From the NCBI GenBank assembly GCA_964418085.1, contig CAYQKB010000001.1:1-49695 (forward strand): a stretch of 49,695 nt of DNA. Reading direction: 5' to 3'. Position numbers and translations under genes: made by a program. A model generated the notes under the pieces. It was not told the DNA's origin. It made no database searches and saw nothing but the letters and a program-made list of their open reading frames with translations. The DNA comes from an uncultured Candidatus Saccharibacteria bacterium (GTDB lineage Bacteria; Patescibacteriota; Minisyncoccia; UBA6257; 2-01-FULL-56-20). Shown here in pieces: positions 23,560-33,003 of this stretch. Positions within the stretch are counted from its first letter, which is position 1. Every line of letters begins with the position of its first letter.

Positions 23560-25989
23560 TTAGTTTCTCCGACGTTTTCTATCCTGATAGAAATTATAGA
23601 GGAGGAGGAGCGTGACAATAATGAGCAAAAGCGTCTTCCAGTCCACGATCCACAGCCAACCATATTTCGACGATAGCTCGATATTAAAATGCACTTCGTT
23701 GTTTTCGCTTACCTCAAACGGCTTGCCCTGATACTCGCCATATCCCGGAGCAATGACGCCGATATAGTAATATCCCTGCGGCACCAAAAATGCGTACGTG
23801 CCGCGCACATCCGTGATCTGCGGATTTTCCTGGTGATAATCGTGCGCCGGCCACAGCTCATATTTGTTATTCGCCGGATTGAGCGTATAGAGCGACACAA
23901 CCGCGCCCGGGATCCGCACCTCCTTGTCTCCCTGCTTTTCAAAAACATACCCCTCCGGATCCACGATGGTGGTAAGCCGGATTTCCCGCGTGCCCACGGT
24001 GGGGTCTTTGTACGAAATGAGTGTGATGATATCGTACTCGCCGTCCACGCGCGGTGCATTGATGGTTGCCGTATAAATGCCGTCGCCATCGGGATCGGTG
24101 TATTCAAATTCCGAAAGCGCGAACCGATCTTCTACCTCTCCGGCCGGAACAGACTCGCCCGCGAGCGTATTGTGGCCAGACACCACTCCTCCGCCATTTG
24201 AAATCGTCTGCGTCGGATTCAAGGCATCCGCCACATTCGCGAGCGTCTTGTTCGCGCCTGCAGACGCCTGCGGGATGGCACCGCGTACCGGATCAATCCC
24301 GCTAGAGGCAGAGGCGCGTCTCGTTGATGAGGAATTTTTGATTCCAGCGCCAGTGTGCGTAGAAATCCCCACCGAGTCACCCTGTAAAGCCTCGCGGCCT
24401 CTAACGGGATCAACTATATAATTCGTCTTCGTTGCACGCACACCAAAATCCGGCACCGCAAAAAATATAGAAGCGGAAAGTTTTTGAAGCGGCAGGCTAT
24501 CCTGCAGAGGTATCTCCCGTATCACCGAAGGAGTGACGGGTGCCGAAGGACCGAAAACAGAAACGGCGTCGGCAAAAAGTTTTCCCACAAGACTACTCGC
24601 CAAAACATTCGGCGGAGCCGCAACTCCTAGCTCTTCTTGCGGCAAGCGCGTCCTCAAAACCAGATATCCCCGAACGGAGAGAGCGGGCGCGCCGGGCTTC
24701 ACGGCAAGGTTAAGCGATGAGCCGACCACCGTCCTGATGGTTTTTTGTAAAATGCCTTGATTGTTGAGTGTAAGTCCGATGGAAAAATCTATTTTCTCGC
24801 CGCCCGTCCGCGCAAAAACAATTTCTTTCGGAATCTGCTGTTTTAATTTCGCGCCCATGCTCGCAAGCGGAATTCCCGACGGGAGCGCGAAATGCCCGGG
24901 CGCGATGCCGACAGACGGTATGCCGGAATTTGTAGAAGTGCCGCCGGAGAGAGCAACCGGCGCAATGCCCGCTGCCTCATGTAAGCCGGGCAGGACAAGC
25001 GTGGCATTCGCCAATTTCGGCAAATCCGTCATGCGCGCGATGCCTACGCCAGAGAGCGTCTGGCCGAATTTCGGAAACTGTTTCACAAGCGCCGCAAATT
25101 CTTTGGGGAGCGGTGCCAGCACGAACGCTCCCATTTCCCGCGCAGAAATCAAGTCAAAAAAACCTCCGAGCGCGAAAGGCGCTTTTTTCGTAAGAAGCTT
25201 TGCGATATCAACCTGCGGCAACGGTTTCTGTTTCGGGAAAAATAAATTACCGAAAAAACTTTGCACCCTCCCCAAAATAGAAAGTAACTGGCCGGGAATC
25301 TGGTTTACGATGCTGGCAGTCCCGCCTCCCGTTCCCGGCCGCGTTCCAGCCGGCGACTGATACGGTGGAGCGATCCCCGTTCCCGAAGGATTCATGAGCG
25401 GCTGTCCGGGCGCACTACTCGTCGCGGCAGGATACGTTGACGTAGTGTAATACCCAGTACCTCCCCCACCGCCCCCGCCATTCGACGTTCCTCCGCCGCC
25501 GTTGTTATTCCCTCCTCCGCCATTTCGAACCGATGCCGGCCGCCAGTCTGTTCTCACGGAACAATTTGTGCAATCGAAACTGATGCTCCCCTTCGGCGTG
25601 GAAGAAACCGCTGCCGAGCCGGCAAAGACACCGGAACTTGAAATGCTAACACCACTAAAACTAATCCATCCCAATTTTTCGCCCCACGCGTAGCCCGATA
25701 AAATTCCGGTTCCGTCGTTCGTCACACCACCCAAAGAAGGACTCAGATTAATCCATCCGTAATTTTCGCTCCACGCGTAGCCTGTAAGCACCGTGTCCGT
25801 AATATGCACATTTCCCCCGCTCGTACCAAAATTCACCCAACCGATGTTACTACCCCACGCGTACTTACTTGTCGCGTCAATCGTGCCATCGGTAGTCGAA
25901 GCAAAAGAAACACGAGCTATACATAGAAATGTAAGCAGAGCGGCTCCCACCGCATACACAAAAAGGAACTTCTTTTTTTGAAATTTCAT
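23560..25989 (-). CDS. Large secreted protein with N-terminal YAWG..GWI(N/S)F repeats, carboxypeptidase-regulatory-like domain and C-terminal TM anchor
   Basis: Signal peptide FLFVYAVGAALLTFLCIARVSFA. Repeats YAWGSNIGWVNFG, YAWSENYGWINLS and YAWGEKLGWISFS. C-terminal segment GAVVSLYTL...TDVRGTYAFLVPQGYYYIGVIAPGY followed by the anchor LLLIIVTLLLLYNF. Confidence 0.75.
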   Translation of the reverse strand: MKFQKKKFLFVYAVGAALLTFLCIARVSFASTTDGTIDATSKYAWGSNIGWVNFGTSGGNVHITDTVLTGYAWSENYGWINLSPSLGGVTNDGTGILSGYAWGEKLGWISFSGVSISSSGVFAGSAAVSSTPKGSISFDCTNCSVRTDWRPASVRNGGGGNNNGGGGTSNGGGGGGGTGYYTTSTYPAATSSAPGQPLMNPSGTGIAPPYQSPAGTRPGTGGGTASIVNQIPGQLLSILGRVQSFFGNLFFPKQKPLPQVDIAKLLTKKAPFALGGFFDLISAREMGAFVLAPLPKEFAALVKQFPKFGQTLSGVGIARMTDLPKLANATLVLPGLHEAAGIAPVALSGGTSTNSGIPSVGIAPGHFALPSGIPLASMGAKLKQQIPKEIVFARTGGEKIDFSIGLTLNNQGILQKTIRTVVGSSLNLAVKPGAPALSVRGYLVLRTRLPQEELGVAAPPNVLASSLVGKLFADAVSVFGPSAPVTPSVIREIPLQDSLPLQKLSASIFFAVPDFGVRATKTNYIVDPVRGREALQGDSVGISTHTGAGIKNSSSTRRASASSGIDPVRGAIPQASAGANKTLANVADALNPTQTISNGGGVVSGHNTLAGESVPAGEVEDRFALSEFEYTDPDGDGIYTATINAPRVDGEYDIITLISYKDPTVGTREIRLTTIVDPEGYVFEKQGDKEVRIPGAVVSLYTLNPANNKYELWPAHDYHQENPQITDVRGTYAFLVPQGYYYIGVIAPGYGEYQGKPFEVSENNEVHFNIELSSKYGWLWIVDWKTLLLIIVTLLLLYNFYQDRKRRRN

Positions 25990-26120
25990 AATAAAGCTTT
26001 ACTTCATTAGTATACATCTTCATTGTGATACAAAAAACAGAGCTTTTATACACAGTCTCAAACGCGACGTTTTTCTTCTTATTTCTCTCTATCTAGTTGG
26101 CTATTTTTCTTTTTTAATCC

Positions 26121-27347
26121 CTACGTCCCTATCTCCGCCTTCAAAACCTCCACTGCCTTATCAAGCTGCGGATCTTTTTTGTTTTTTATATCGTCGTCGG
26201 TCAGTTTCACCTCGATATCGGGTTTAAGTCCGCCATTTTCCAGAATCCCCCCGCCGGGCAACACCCAGTGGGCAACCGTTATCTTGAGTGACGAGCCATC
26301 AGGCAAAGATTCGAGCTGCTGCACTGTCCCCTTACCAAAACTCGTCTCCCCGATCAATTTTGTTTTTCGCAAATCGCGCAAAGCTCCCGCTAAAATCTCG
26401 GATGCGGAAGCGGACCCTCCGTTCATAAGCACCACCAATGGGAAGTTGGCAAGCGCAGCATTGCCGTTTGCCTTAAATTCCTGAACAACCTTCTCACCGC
26501 GTCCCTGCTCGCTTACGACAAGCGACCCCTTGGGCACAAGCCACCCGGCAAGATCAACCGCAACCTCAAGATATCCGCCCGGATCATTCCGCAAATCAAG
26601 AATCATTCCTTTCGCGCCGCTGGCGATTGCTTTTTGAACTTCACTCGCAAACAATGTGGTCGCGTTCGCGTTGAAACTCTCAAGATGCAGCGAAATGATT
26701 CCTCCCGGAATGGATGTTGTCTCAATGGTGGGAATCGCAATATTTTCCCGAACAAGAGTGAAGTCTTTCGGCTTCTGCCACGTTTCTCGGAAAATAGTGA
26801 GTGTCAGATTCGTTCCGACAGGCCCGCGAATAAGATTAACGGCGGTATCAACTGCCATTCCGTCGGTTGACGAAGCATTGATCTTTATAATCTCATCCCC
26901 AGCGAGAAACCCGGCCCTGCTCGCCGGAGTATCTTTGAGCGGCGCGATGATCACAAGCTGATTTTTCTTAACCCCAAGCTCGGCTCCTATCCCGCCGAAG
27001 TTGCCCTGAATGTCTTCCTGGAATTTTTTACTGTCGGTCGGTGGAAAAAATTCCGAGTAGGGGTCGCCAAGCGAACCAACAAGCCCGTTGATAGCTCCGT
27101 ACACGCGGGCCGTTGGCCCTACGCTGCTGCTTCGCAAATATTCGTCATCAATCGTCTGCCACGCCTGCCAGAAAGTCCCAAAATCAACCATAGCCGGTTT
27201 TCGCGATTCAAGATTATCTACTCCTTGAACAACAATTTTTTTAGGGAACCGTTCGCCAACGCTTACGCCGTATAAAAAGCCGCTGCCCAAAAGTGCGGAA
27301 ACAACGACGAGCGCAACAAAAGCAGCAACTATTTTATTTTTTAGCAT
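26121..27347 (-). CDS. C-terminal processing peptidase, S41 family
   Basis: PDZ region (GIGAELG...AGFLAGDEIIKING) and catalytic region LVVLMNGGSASASEILAGALRD...GKGTVQ. The start was moved to MLKNKIVAAF (signal anchor). Confidence 0.85.
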   Translation of the reverse strand: MLKNKIVAAFVALVVVSALLGSGFLYGVSVGERFPKKIVVQGVDNLESRKPAMVDFGTFWQAWQTIDDEYLRSSSVGPTARVYGAINGLVGSLGDPYSEFFPPTDSKKFQEDIQGNFGGIGAELGVKKNQLVIIAPLKDTPASRAGFLAGDEIIKINASSTDGMAVDTAVNLIRGPVGTNLTLTIFRETWQKPKDFTLVRENIAIPTIETTSIPGGIISLHLESFNANATTLFASEVQKAIASGAKGMILDLRNDPGGYLEVAVDLAGWLVPKGSLVVSEQGRGEKVVQEFKANGNAALANFPLVVLMNGGSASASEILAGALRDLRKTKLIGETSFGKGTVQQLESLPDGSSLKITVAHWVLPGGGILENGGLKPDIEVKLTDDDIKNKKDPQLDKAVEVLKAEIGT

Positions 27348-27427
27348 AGACTTAATTTTATCAGAGGAGCAAGCGATACCGCAAGGCCAACTTGAGACAG
27401 AAAGCATAATCCATTAGAATACGGGGA

Positions 27428-27700
27428 ATGGCGACCTACAAAGCCGAATACGTAAAAAAAATCAAAAAACGCGCTACCGAATCGAAAGTATATAAAAAAT
27501 ATCAGCTCATCGGCCTTGAAATCGCAAAGATTTTGGAAGACGAAAGCCATAAATCGCTCTACATAAAACTCGCAAAACAGGGAGACACGGAAAATCTCCT
27601 CCGGCAGGCAAAAGAAGTCAGCGAAAGGCGGAATGTAAAAAACAAAGGCGCATACTTCATGTCCGTCATATATAGCTCAAAACCAGATACAAAAGCATGA
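27428..27700 (+). CDS. Hypothetical small basic protein
   Basis: A 90-aa ORF. Its TGA stop is the left TGAA flank of MITE-like copy B. Confidence 0.45.
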   Translation: MATYKAEYVKKIKKRATESKVYKKYQLIGLEIAKILEDESHKSLYIKLAKQGDTENLLRQAKEVSERRNVKNKGAYFMSVIYSSKPDTKA

Positions 27701-27701
27701 A

Positions 27702-27806
27702 TCCCGTTAGAAAATTAAAAGTCATGATGGATAAACATCAGACAATCAATTTCAAAAATAATCGCTTTAGTAATTACAAAATGCTAGTTTTAATTTTCTA
27801 ACGGGA
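27702..27806 (+). mobile_element. 105-nt MITE-like element, copy B, abutting the def start codon
   Basis: 19-bp perfect terminal inverted repeats TCCCGTTAGAAAATTAAAA, with TGAA on both flanks (27698-27701 and 27807-27810). The last base of the element is the A of the def ATG. Confidence 0.6.
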
Positions 27807-28333
27807 TGAACGACGCCATAGTCACGGTCGGAACAAAAGCGGACGAAAAGTTTTTGAGAAAAAAAACGGCTGCGTTTGACTTCAAAAAATTCTCGAAAAA
27901 GGAAATTGCCGAGCTCATTGCAAAAATGAAGCGGATGATGCGCGCGGCGAAGGGCATTGGGCTTTCGGCAAACCAGATTGGGCTCAAACTCAAGTGCTTC
28001 GTCGCGGAGGTTCCAAACCAGCAGGGAGAGATGAAATTCTACGCAGTATTCAATCCCCGTATTGAAAAATCGGCAGGAGAAAAATTACTTCTCGAAGAAG
28101 GATGCTTGAGCGTGCCGGGAAAATATGGGCATGTCGAACGCTTCGAAAAAGTTAATCTTTCGGGATACGACAAAAACGAGAAACCGATAAAAATAAAAGC
28201 GTGGGGGCTTTTGGCGCACGTCTTTCAGCACGAGGTAGACCATTTGAACGGAATCATTTTTACCGACAAAGCAAAAGACGTTCACGACACGCCAAAAGAA
28301 GAACGTCTCGCGGAGAAAGAGGAGAATAAATAG
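27806..28333 (+). CDS. def: Peptide deformylase
   Basis: All three PDF motifs are present: GIGLSANQIG, EGCLSVPG and HEVDHLNG. Confidence 0.9.
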   Translation: MNDAIVTVGTKADEKFLRKKTAAFDFKKFSKKEIAELIAKMKRMMRAAKGIGLSANQIGLKLKCFVAEVPNQQGEMKFYAVFNPRIEKSAGEKLLLEEGCLSVPGKYGHVERFEKVNLSGYDKNEKPIKIKAWGLLAHVFQHEVDHLNGIIFTDKAKDVHDTPKEERLAEKEENK

Positions 28334-28403
28334 GAATTATCTAAAAAATTAAAATTCGTATCCGCTTTCTATTTTCTATTATCTAATTACTACTATCTAT
28401 TAT

Positions 28404-29249
28404 ATGAAATATATCTTCTTCGGTACTCCCAAATTTGCGGCAGCAGTCCTTGAAAAATTAATTGCCGCCGGCCTCCCGCCGGCTGCAGTCGTCTGCAATC
28501 CCGATAAACCCGTCGGAAGAAAAAAGGTGATCTCCGCGCCTCCCGTAAAAGAAATTGCCGAAAAACACGGCATCAAAATTCTGCAACCTGAAAAGTTGGA
28601 AGTTAATAGTTTGAAATTACAAGTCGGTGAAGTAGACTTCTTTGTTGTTGCCGCGTATTCTAAAATACTTAAAAAAGAAATTTTGAGCATCCCCCGTCTA
28701 GGAACAGTAGGTGTCCACCCCTCGCTTCTCCCAAAGCACCGCGGGGCATCTCCGATCCAATCGTCCATACTTGAGGGCGACACGGAAAGCGGAGTGACGC
28801 TCTTTTTAATTGACGAAAAAGTAGATCACGGGCAAATTATCGCAAACTTAAAACTGAAAACTGAAAACTTAAAACTGAATTATCTGGAACTTCAAAAAAA
28901 ACTTGCGGAGGTAAGCGGCGATCTTCTTGCCGAAACCCTGCCAAAATTTCTCTCTGGGAAAATAACCCCAAAAGAACAAAACGAAGCGGAAGCAACATAT
29001 ACGAAAAAATTTTCAACCGAAGACGCCTATGTCGAACCAAGCGACCTCGAAAAAGCGCAAAGCGGCGCCAATCCCATAATCGCCGAATCTATAGATAGAA
29101 AAATCCGCGCTTTGAACCCGGAGCCCGGCGTCTGGACAATCCACGACGGCGAGCGCTTAAAACTTCTCGAATCGGAAACGAAAAACGGAGCCCTCCATAT
29201 TCGGAAATTTCAACGAGCAGGGAAAAAACCGCAGTCCGGTATTCTGTAA
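28404..29249 (+). CDS. fmt: Methionyl-tRNA formyltransferase
   Basis: N-terminus IFFGTPKFAAAVLEKL and HPSLLPKHRGASPIQSSILEGDTESGVTLF (formyltransferase core). Classic def-fmt gene order. Confidence 0.9.
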   Translation: MKYIFFGTPKFAAAVLEKLIAAGLPPAAVVCNPDKPVGRKKVISAPPVKEIAEKHGIKILQPEKLEVNSLKLQVGEVDFFVVAAYSKILKKEILSIPRLGTVGVHPSLLPKHRGASPIQSSILEGDTESGVTLFLIDEKVDHGQIIANLKLKTENLKLNYLELQKKLAEVSGDLLAETLPKFLSGKITPKEQNEAEATYTKKFSTEDAYVEPSDLEKAQSGANPIIAESIDRKIRALNPEPGVWTIHDGERLKLLESETKNGALHIRKFQRAGKKPQSGIL

Positions 29250-29257
29250 TCTATTTT

Positions 29258-29938
29258 CTAAGTACTATTCTCCATATTCTTTGAAGCTTCTTCCCAATTC
29301 ACCACGCTCCACCATGCTCCGACATAGTCCGGCCGCCGATTTTGATATTTCAAATAATACGCGTGCTCCCACACATCAAGCCCAATAACAGGAATCAATC
29401 CCTGCATGATGGGACTGTCCTGATTCGGCGTCGTAATAATTTTTAATCGCACTCTTTCATTTTTGAGATTTGATTTTTCATTTTTCATTTTTTCTTCTAC
29501 CAGCCACGCCCACCCGCTGCCGAAGACACCCGCCGCCGCGGCGCCAAACTGCTCTGTAAATTTCGCAAAACTTCCGAAAGATTTTGAAATCATCGCGCCA
29601 AGTGCGCCGGTGGCTTCATTTGTTGCGCCAGATGCGCCCGCCGGTTTCATAATCTTCCAAAAGAATGAATGATTGGAGTGTCCCCCGCCATGGTTCCGCA
29701 CCGCAGTTCGAATGTCCGGTGGAAGAGAATCAAGCGAACCCAAAAGCTTCTCAAGCACTTCGAGCTCTGGCTTGCCCGCCAAAGTCTCGACGACGGCGGG
29801 ATGCTTCGCGATAGCCTCATTTAATTTTGTCACATACGTCTGGTGATGCTTGGAGTAATGCAGCTCCATCGTCCGCGCATCAATATACGGCTCGAGGGCA
29901 TCGTACGCATAGGGCAACTGCGGTAATTCAAATTTCAT
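29258..29938 (-). CDS. Fe/Mn superoxide dismutase
   Basis: [29 protein letters not shown] and [19 protein letters not shown]. Contains a lysine-rich insertion ([19 protein letters not shown]). Confidence 0.9.
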   Translation of the reverse strand: MKFELPQLPYAYDALEPYIDARTMELHYSKHHQTYVTKLNEAIAKHPAVVETLAGKPELEVLEKLLGSLDSLPPDIRTAVRNHGGGHSNHSFFWKIMKPAGASGATNEATGALGAMISKSFGSFAKFTEQFGAAAAGVFGSGWAWLVEEKMKNEKSNLKNERVRLKIITTPNQDSPIMQGLIPVIGLDVWEHAYYLKYQNRRPDYVGAWWSVVNWEEASKNMENST

Positions 29939-29977
29939 AGTTTTAATTATTTGTTTGCCTAATTCGACGTTTTAAAT

Positions 29978-30475
29978 TTATTTATTCTTATACTCAATTT
30001 TTATATTGTCGAGGTCCCGCAAGACTAAATTTTCGTAATCTGTACTCGTCACGCCGTTCACGGTCATCACTATTTGATGCGTCGCATCAACTTTGTAATC
30101 GAGAATCTGATCTTTCGTAAAGGTCTGTCCCCACACGGCGAAGAAATCAGAAAGTGTAAAATCCCTCTGCTCCGGCGACTCAACGTGAATCGTTCCCGTT
30201 TCATCGTGCGTATGGATGGGATGCATACAGCTAATGGTGATACCGGTATTCGCCGGAATAGACTGCTCTAAACCGTTTATGATAATCGTAAGATGCGGAT
30301 GGATATGAAACTGGGTATACATGTCGAGCGTACAGCTCATGGCAAGTTCGCGCGTAGTCTGTCCCGTAGTGTTGTGTCCGTTAAAAATGGCCGCAATATT
30401 CCCCCAGCCCAAAAGCACGACCGCGGCGATAACAAGGAACGTTATAATGATGGTTGTTTTACTACTCTTTTTCAT
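29978..30475 (-). CDS. Hypothetical secreted/membrane-anchored His-rich protein
   Basis: N-terminal TM helix, then HIHPHLTIIINGLEQ...MHPIHTHDETGTIHVE (conserved histidine clusters, possible metal binding). Confidence 0.5.
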   Translation of the reverse strand: MKKSSKTTIIITFLVIAAVVLLGWGNIAAIFNGHNTTGQTTRELAMSCTLDMYTQFHIHPHLTIIINGLEQSIPANTGITISCMHPIHTHDETGTIHVESPEQRDFTLSDFFAVWGQTFTKDQILDYKVDATHQIVMTVNGVTSTDYENLVLRDLDNIKIEYKNK

Positions 30476-30566
30476 TGCCTATACAGTATATAAAAAAATA
30501 TAGTCGAGGCAAATCCCGTGAGCGTTGTCATGCACGCCGAGAGATGATAAAGTATTCCAACAAGTT

Positions 30567-30640
30567 TGGGGGATCGTCTAATGGTAGGACAGTGGCCTTT
30601 GGAGCCATCAATCTAGGTTCGAATCCTGGTCCCCCAGCCA
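30567..30640 (+). tRNA. tRNA-Gln (anticodon UUG)
   Basis: Hand-folded cloverleaf: acceptor TGGGGGA/TCCCCCA (U1-A72, G73), D arm GTCT/GGAC, anticodon arm GTGGC-CTTTGGA-GCCAT, T arm CTAGG-TTCGAAT-CCTGG, with an encoded CCA. Confidence 0.9.
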
Positions 30641-30732
30641 TCAATACTTATTATCCTAAGACCGAGCGGGGTAAAAGATTGATATCTCCGTACTGCCCAC
30701 GTCATACCGGCTGAGCGCCGTATTCAAGAAAG

Positions 30733-30765
30733 AAAAACCGCCTAACTCAATCGGCGGTTTTTCTT
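30733..30765 (+). terminator. Rho-independent terminator after tRNA-Gln
   Basis: AAAAACCGCC-loop-GGCGGTTTTT followed by a T-rich tail. Confidence 0.6.
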
Positions 30766-30837
30766 TGCCTACTGGATTGATTTCTTTGGTGAAACCGTAG
30801 TAGATTGTTAGCATATTAAAGACTGTCAACCCCTACT

Positions 30838-31836
30838 ATGGTCAACCCAGAAACACAAAAAATAGCATACTTGTTTGGTGCCGGCGCGACCAGCGCCGAA
30901 CTCTCAAATACTGAGCAAGAGGACGACAAAGACAAGGTCGGCTTATCGGTTGGTGATGTGACAAGGAGAGTTATTATAAAAGCAAAAGCTGACGAAAGTT
31001 TTCTCAAAAACGATAGAATACTTTTGGACCGTGCAGCAGACTCTTCGAATATAGAACTGTTCATAAGTCTCATTGAAAGCAACCACTACGCCTTTGACGA
31101 TGTGTCGGTGATAGTGGATCACCTTAAAGGATTGGTCGAGAAAGACATCAAAAGCATATTAACCAAAGAGCGAACCGATAAGTTTCTCCTTCATAAAGCC
31201 CTCCTTGAACTTCACAAATATAATGAAAAAGAAATTGTCATCGGTTTAATATCGTTAAACTACGATACTGTTTTAGATGAGGCCTACAAGTTATATTACG
31301 GAGAGCCGGACTATAGCTTTTCTTTTCCTAAAGAGAAGCCCGATGAAGCCAAACCCCCATTACTGAAACTTCACGGATCCTTTAGCTGGGATGATGTTGA
31401 AATAAATGGGAGAAAAAGGAAGATTCCCATTATCCCTTTAGGAGTAAACAAAAACTATTTACGATTACCCTATAATTTCATCTGGGGTCGCGCATTGGAA
31501 ATCTTAATAAAATGTGACAAACTACGTGTAATCGGCTGTTCCCTCAGCCAGAACGACATACATCTAATTGACCTATTATTCAAAGCACACCTAGAAAAAA
31601 GAGCCCCCTTCGAGATCGAAATAATAAGCTCCGAAGAAACTGGCCAAGAGATTAAGGGCAAATATGCCTTTTTCCCTAAAATTACCACTGCAGAGAAAAT
31701 TGAAGAAACGCTAATGCCAGATGCAAAAAGAGGTATAAATGTTTTTAAAGAGTGGCTAAAGGCAAAAGGAAGACGAGTATTGAAAGAAGATGCACAAATT
31801 CAAAAAACTACATATTTAAAAGAGATAATATTATAA
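30838..31836 (+). CDS. SIR2-like (SIR2_2 family) protein, probable NAD-consuming defence effector
   Basis: Motifs in family order: YLFGAGATSAE, ISLNYDTVLDEAY, LLKLHGSFSW and LRVIGCSLSQNDIHLIDLL. Confidence 0.8.
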   Translation: MVNPETQKIAYLFGAGATSAELSNTEQEDDKDKVGLSVGDVTRRVIIKAKADESFLKNDRILLDRAADSSNIELFISLIESNHYAFDDVSVIVDHLKGLVEKDIKSILTKERTDKFLLHKALLELHKYNEKEIVIGLISLNYDTVLDEAYKLYYGEPDYSFSFPKEKPDEAKPPLLKLHGSFSWDDVEINGRKRKIPIIPLGVNKNYLRLPYNFIWGRALEILIKCDKLRVIGCSLSQNDIHLIDLLFKAHLEKRAPFEIEIISSEETGQEIKGKYAFFPKITTAEKIEETLMPDAKRGINVFKEWLKAKGRRVLKEDAQIQKTTYLKEIIL

Positions 31837-31840
31837 GAAA

Positions 31841-32998
31841 ATGGTTACGAAAAAAATAAACAATAAATCAGAAAGTAAGAGAACTGGATTTTCCCTTACG
31901 ATAAAAAAGCTCATTCTCGATGAGTTCATTTTGGGTATTGATCTCGACGCAGATTATCAACGTGAAAAAATATGGTCTACCGAAGATCAGAAATTACTAT
32001 TAGACTCGATTATTAGCGATATAGATATACCAAAAATTTATCTCGCAAAGCTCAAAGACGACAAACAGTTTGACTATGAATGTATTGATGGAAAACAGCG
32101 CATGGCCACCCTTCTTAACTTTTTCAAACCAGAGCAGGATAGAGAGAGAAAAAAACCACTAACCCTTACCTTTGATAATCGGGATTATTCTTACCAAGAA
32201 TTAAAAAATGAATACCCAAAAGTTGCGGAGAGGATCGAGAATTATAATTTGGATTTCGTCGTTTATGATAAAAGCAGCCTTGAGGATGGTGCAGAAGGTG
32301 AAAAATTGATCCGAGAAATATTCAGGCGTTTACAGTTGGGGATAAGACTCAATTCGGGAGAAAGATTAAAAGCGCATCGTGGCGCTATGAGGGATTTTAT
32401 TTTTGAAGAGATGGGCGGAGCCGCTCCCTTTTTTAAGCATACGAGCTTGTCAGAAAAGAGATTCTCCAGGCAATTTACTTTAGCGCAAATTTGTTTAAAT
32501 TCATTTATGCGCAAAGAAATTTATGAGAATGAAAAAGATATAAACGGCTTCGTAAGAGCGCGATTAGAAGATATAGAGGACTTTTTTGACGAAAAATCGA
32601 ACCTGAAAACAGACGATAAAAACTTCGCTCGCATAAGAACTATTTTGAAGAATATGGATACTGCCTTTGGAGCTAACGCAGCTGGTATTTCCAGTAGGGC
32701 CGTGGCTGTTTCCGCCTATCTATTTGCCGAAGGCCTTAGCCTAGAAGGAAAAGCTGATTCAATCTCCGAGTTTGCGACTTTCTATATTAAGTTGCTGGCA
32801 GAAATAAAGAGAAATATGGAATTTGTCAGAAAATTTGAAAGCCCAGAAAACACGAAGGTAATGGAAGGTTTTCAGAAGTATATTTTGCAAGCCTCGGTTG
32901 AACCCTACTCTATAAAAAGAAGGAATGTTTTCTTAAACGAGGCCTTTGGATACTTTAGAAGTTCGACTACCAAGGGAAAAATAATTGGAGACAAATAA
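31841..32998 (+). CDS. DUF262 (ParB-like / GmrS N-terminal type) domain protein without a recognisable DUF1524/HNH domain
   Basis: DADYQREKIWSTEDQKLLLDSIISDIDIPKIYL and CIDGKQRMATLLNFF (DGQQR-type motif). Starts 4 nt after the SIR2 gene stop. Confidence 0.8.
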   Translation: MVTKKINNKSESKRTGFSLTIKKLILDEFILGIDLDADYQREKIWSTEDQKLLLDSIISDIDIPKIYLAKLKDDKQFDYECIDGKQRMATLLNFFKPEQDRERKKPLTLTFDNRDYSYQELKNEYPKVAERIENYNLDFVVYDKSSLEDGAEGEKLIREIFRRLQLGIRLNSGERLKAHRGAMRDFIFEEMGGAAPFFKHTSLSEKRFSRQFTLAQICLNSFMRKEIYENEKDINGFVRARLEDIEDFFDEKSNLKTDDKNFARIRTILKNMDTAFGANAAGISSRAVAVSAYLFAEGLSLEGKADSISEFATFYIKLLAEIKRNMEFVRKFESPENTKVMEGFQKYILQASVEPYSIKRRNVFLNEAFGYFRSSTTKGKIIGDK

Positions 32999-33003
32999 AA
33001 TTC

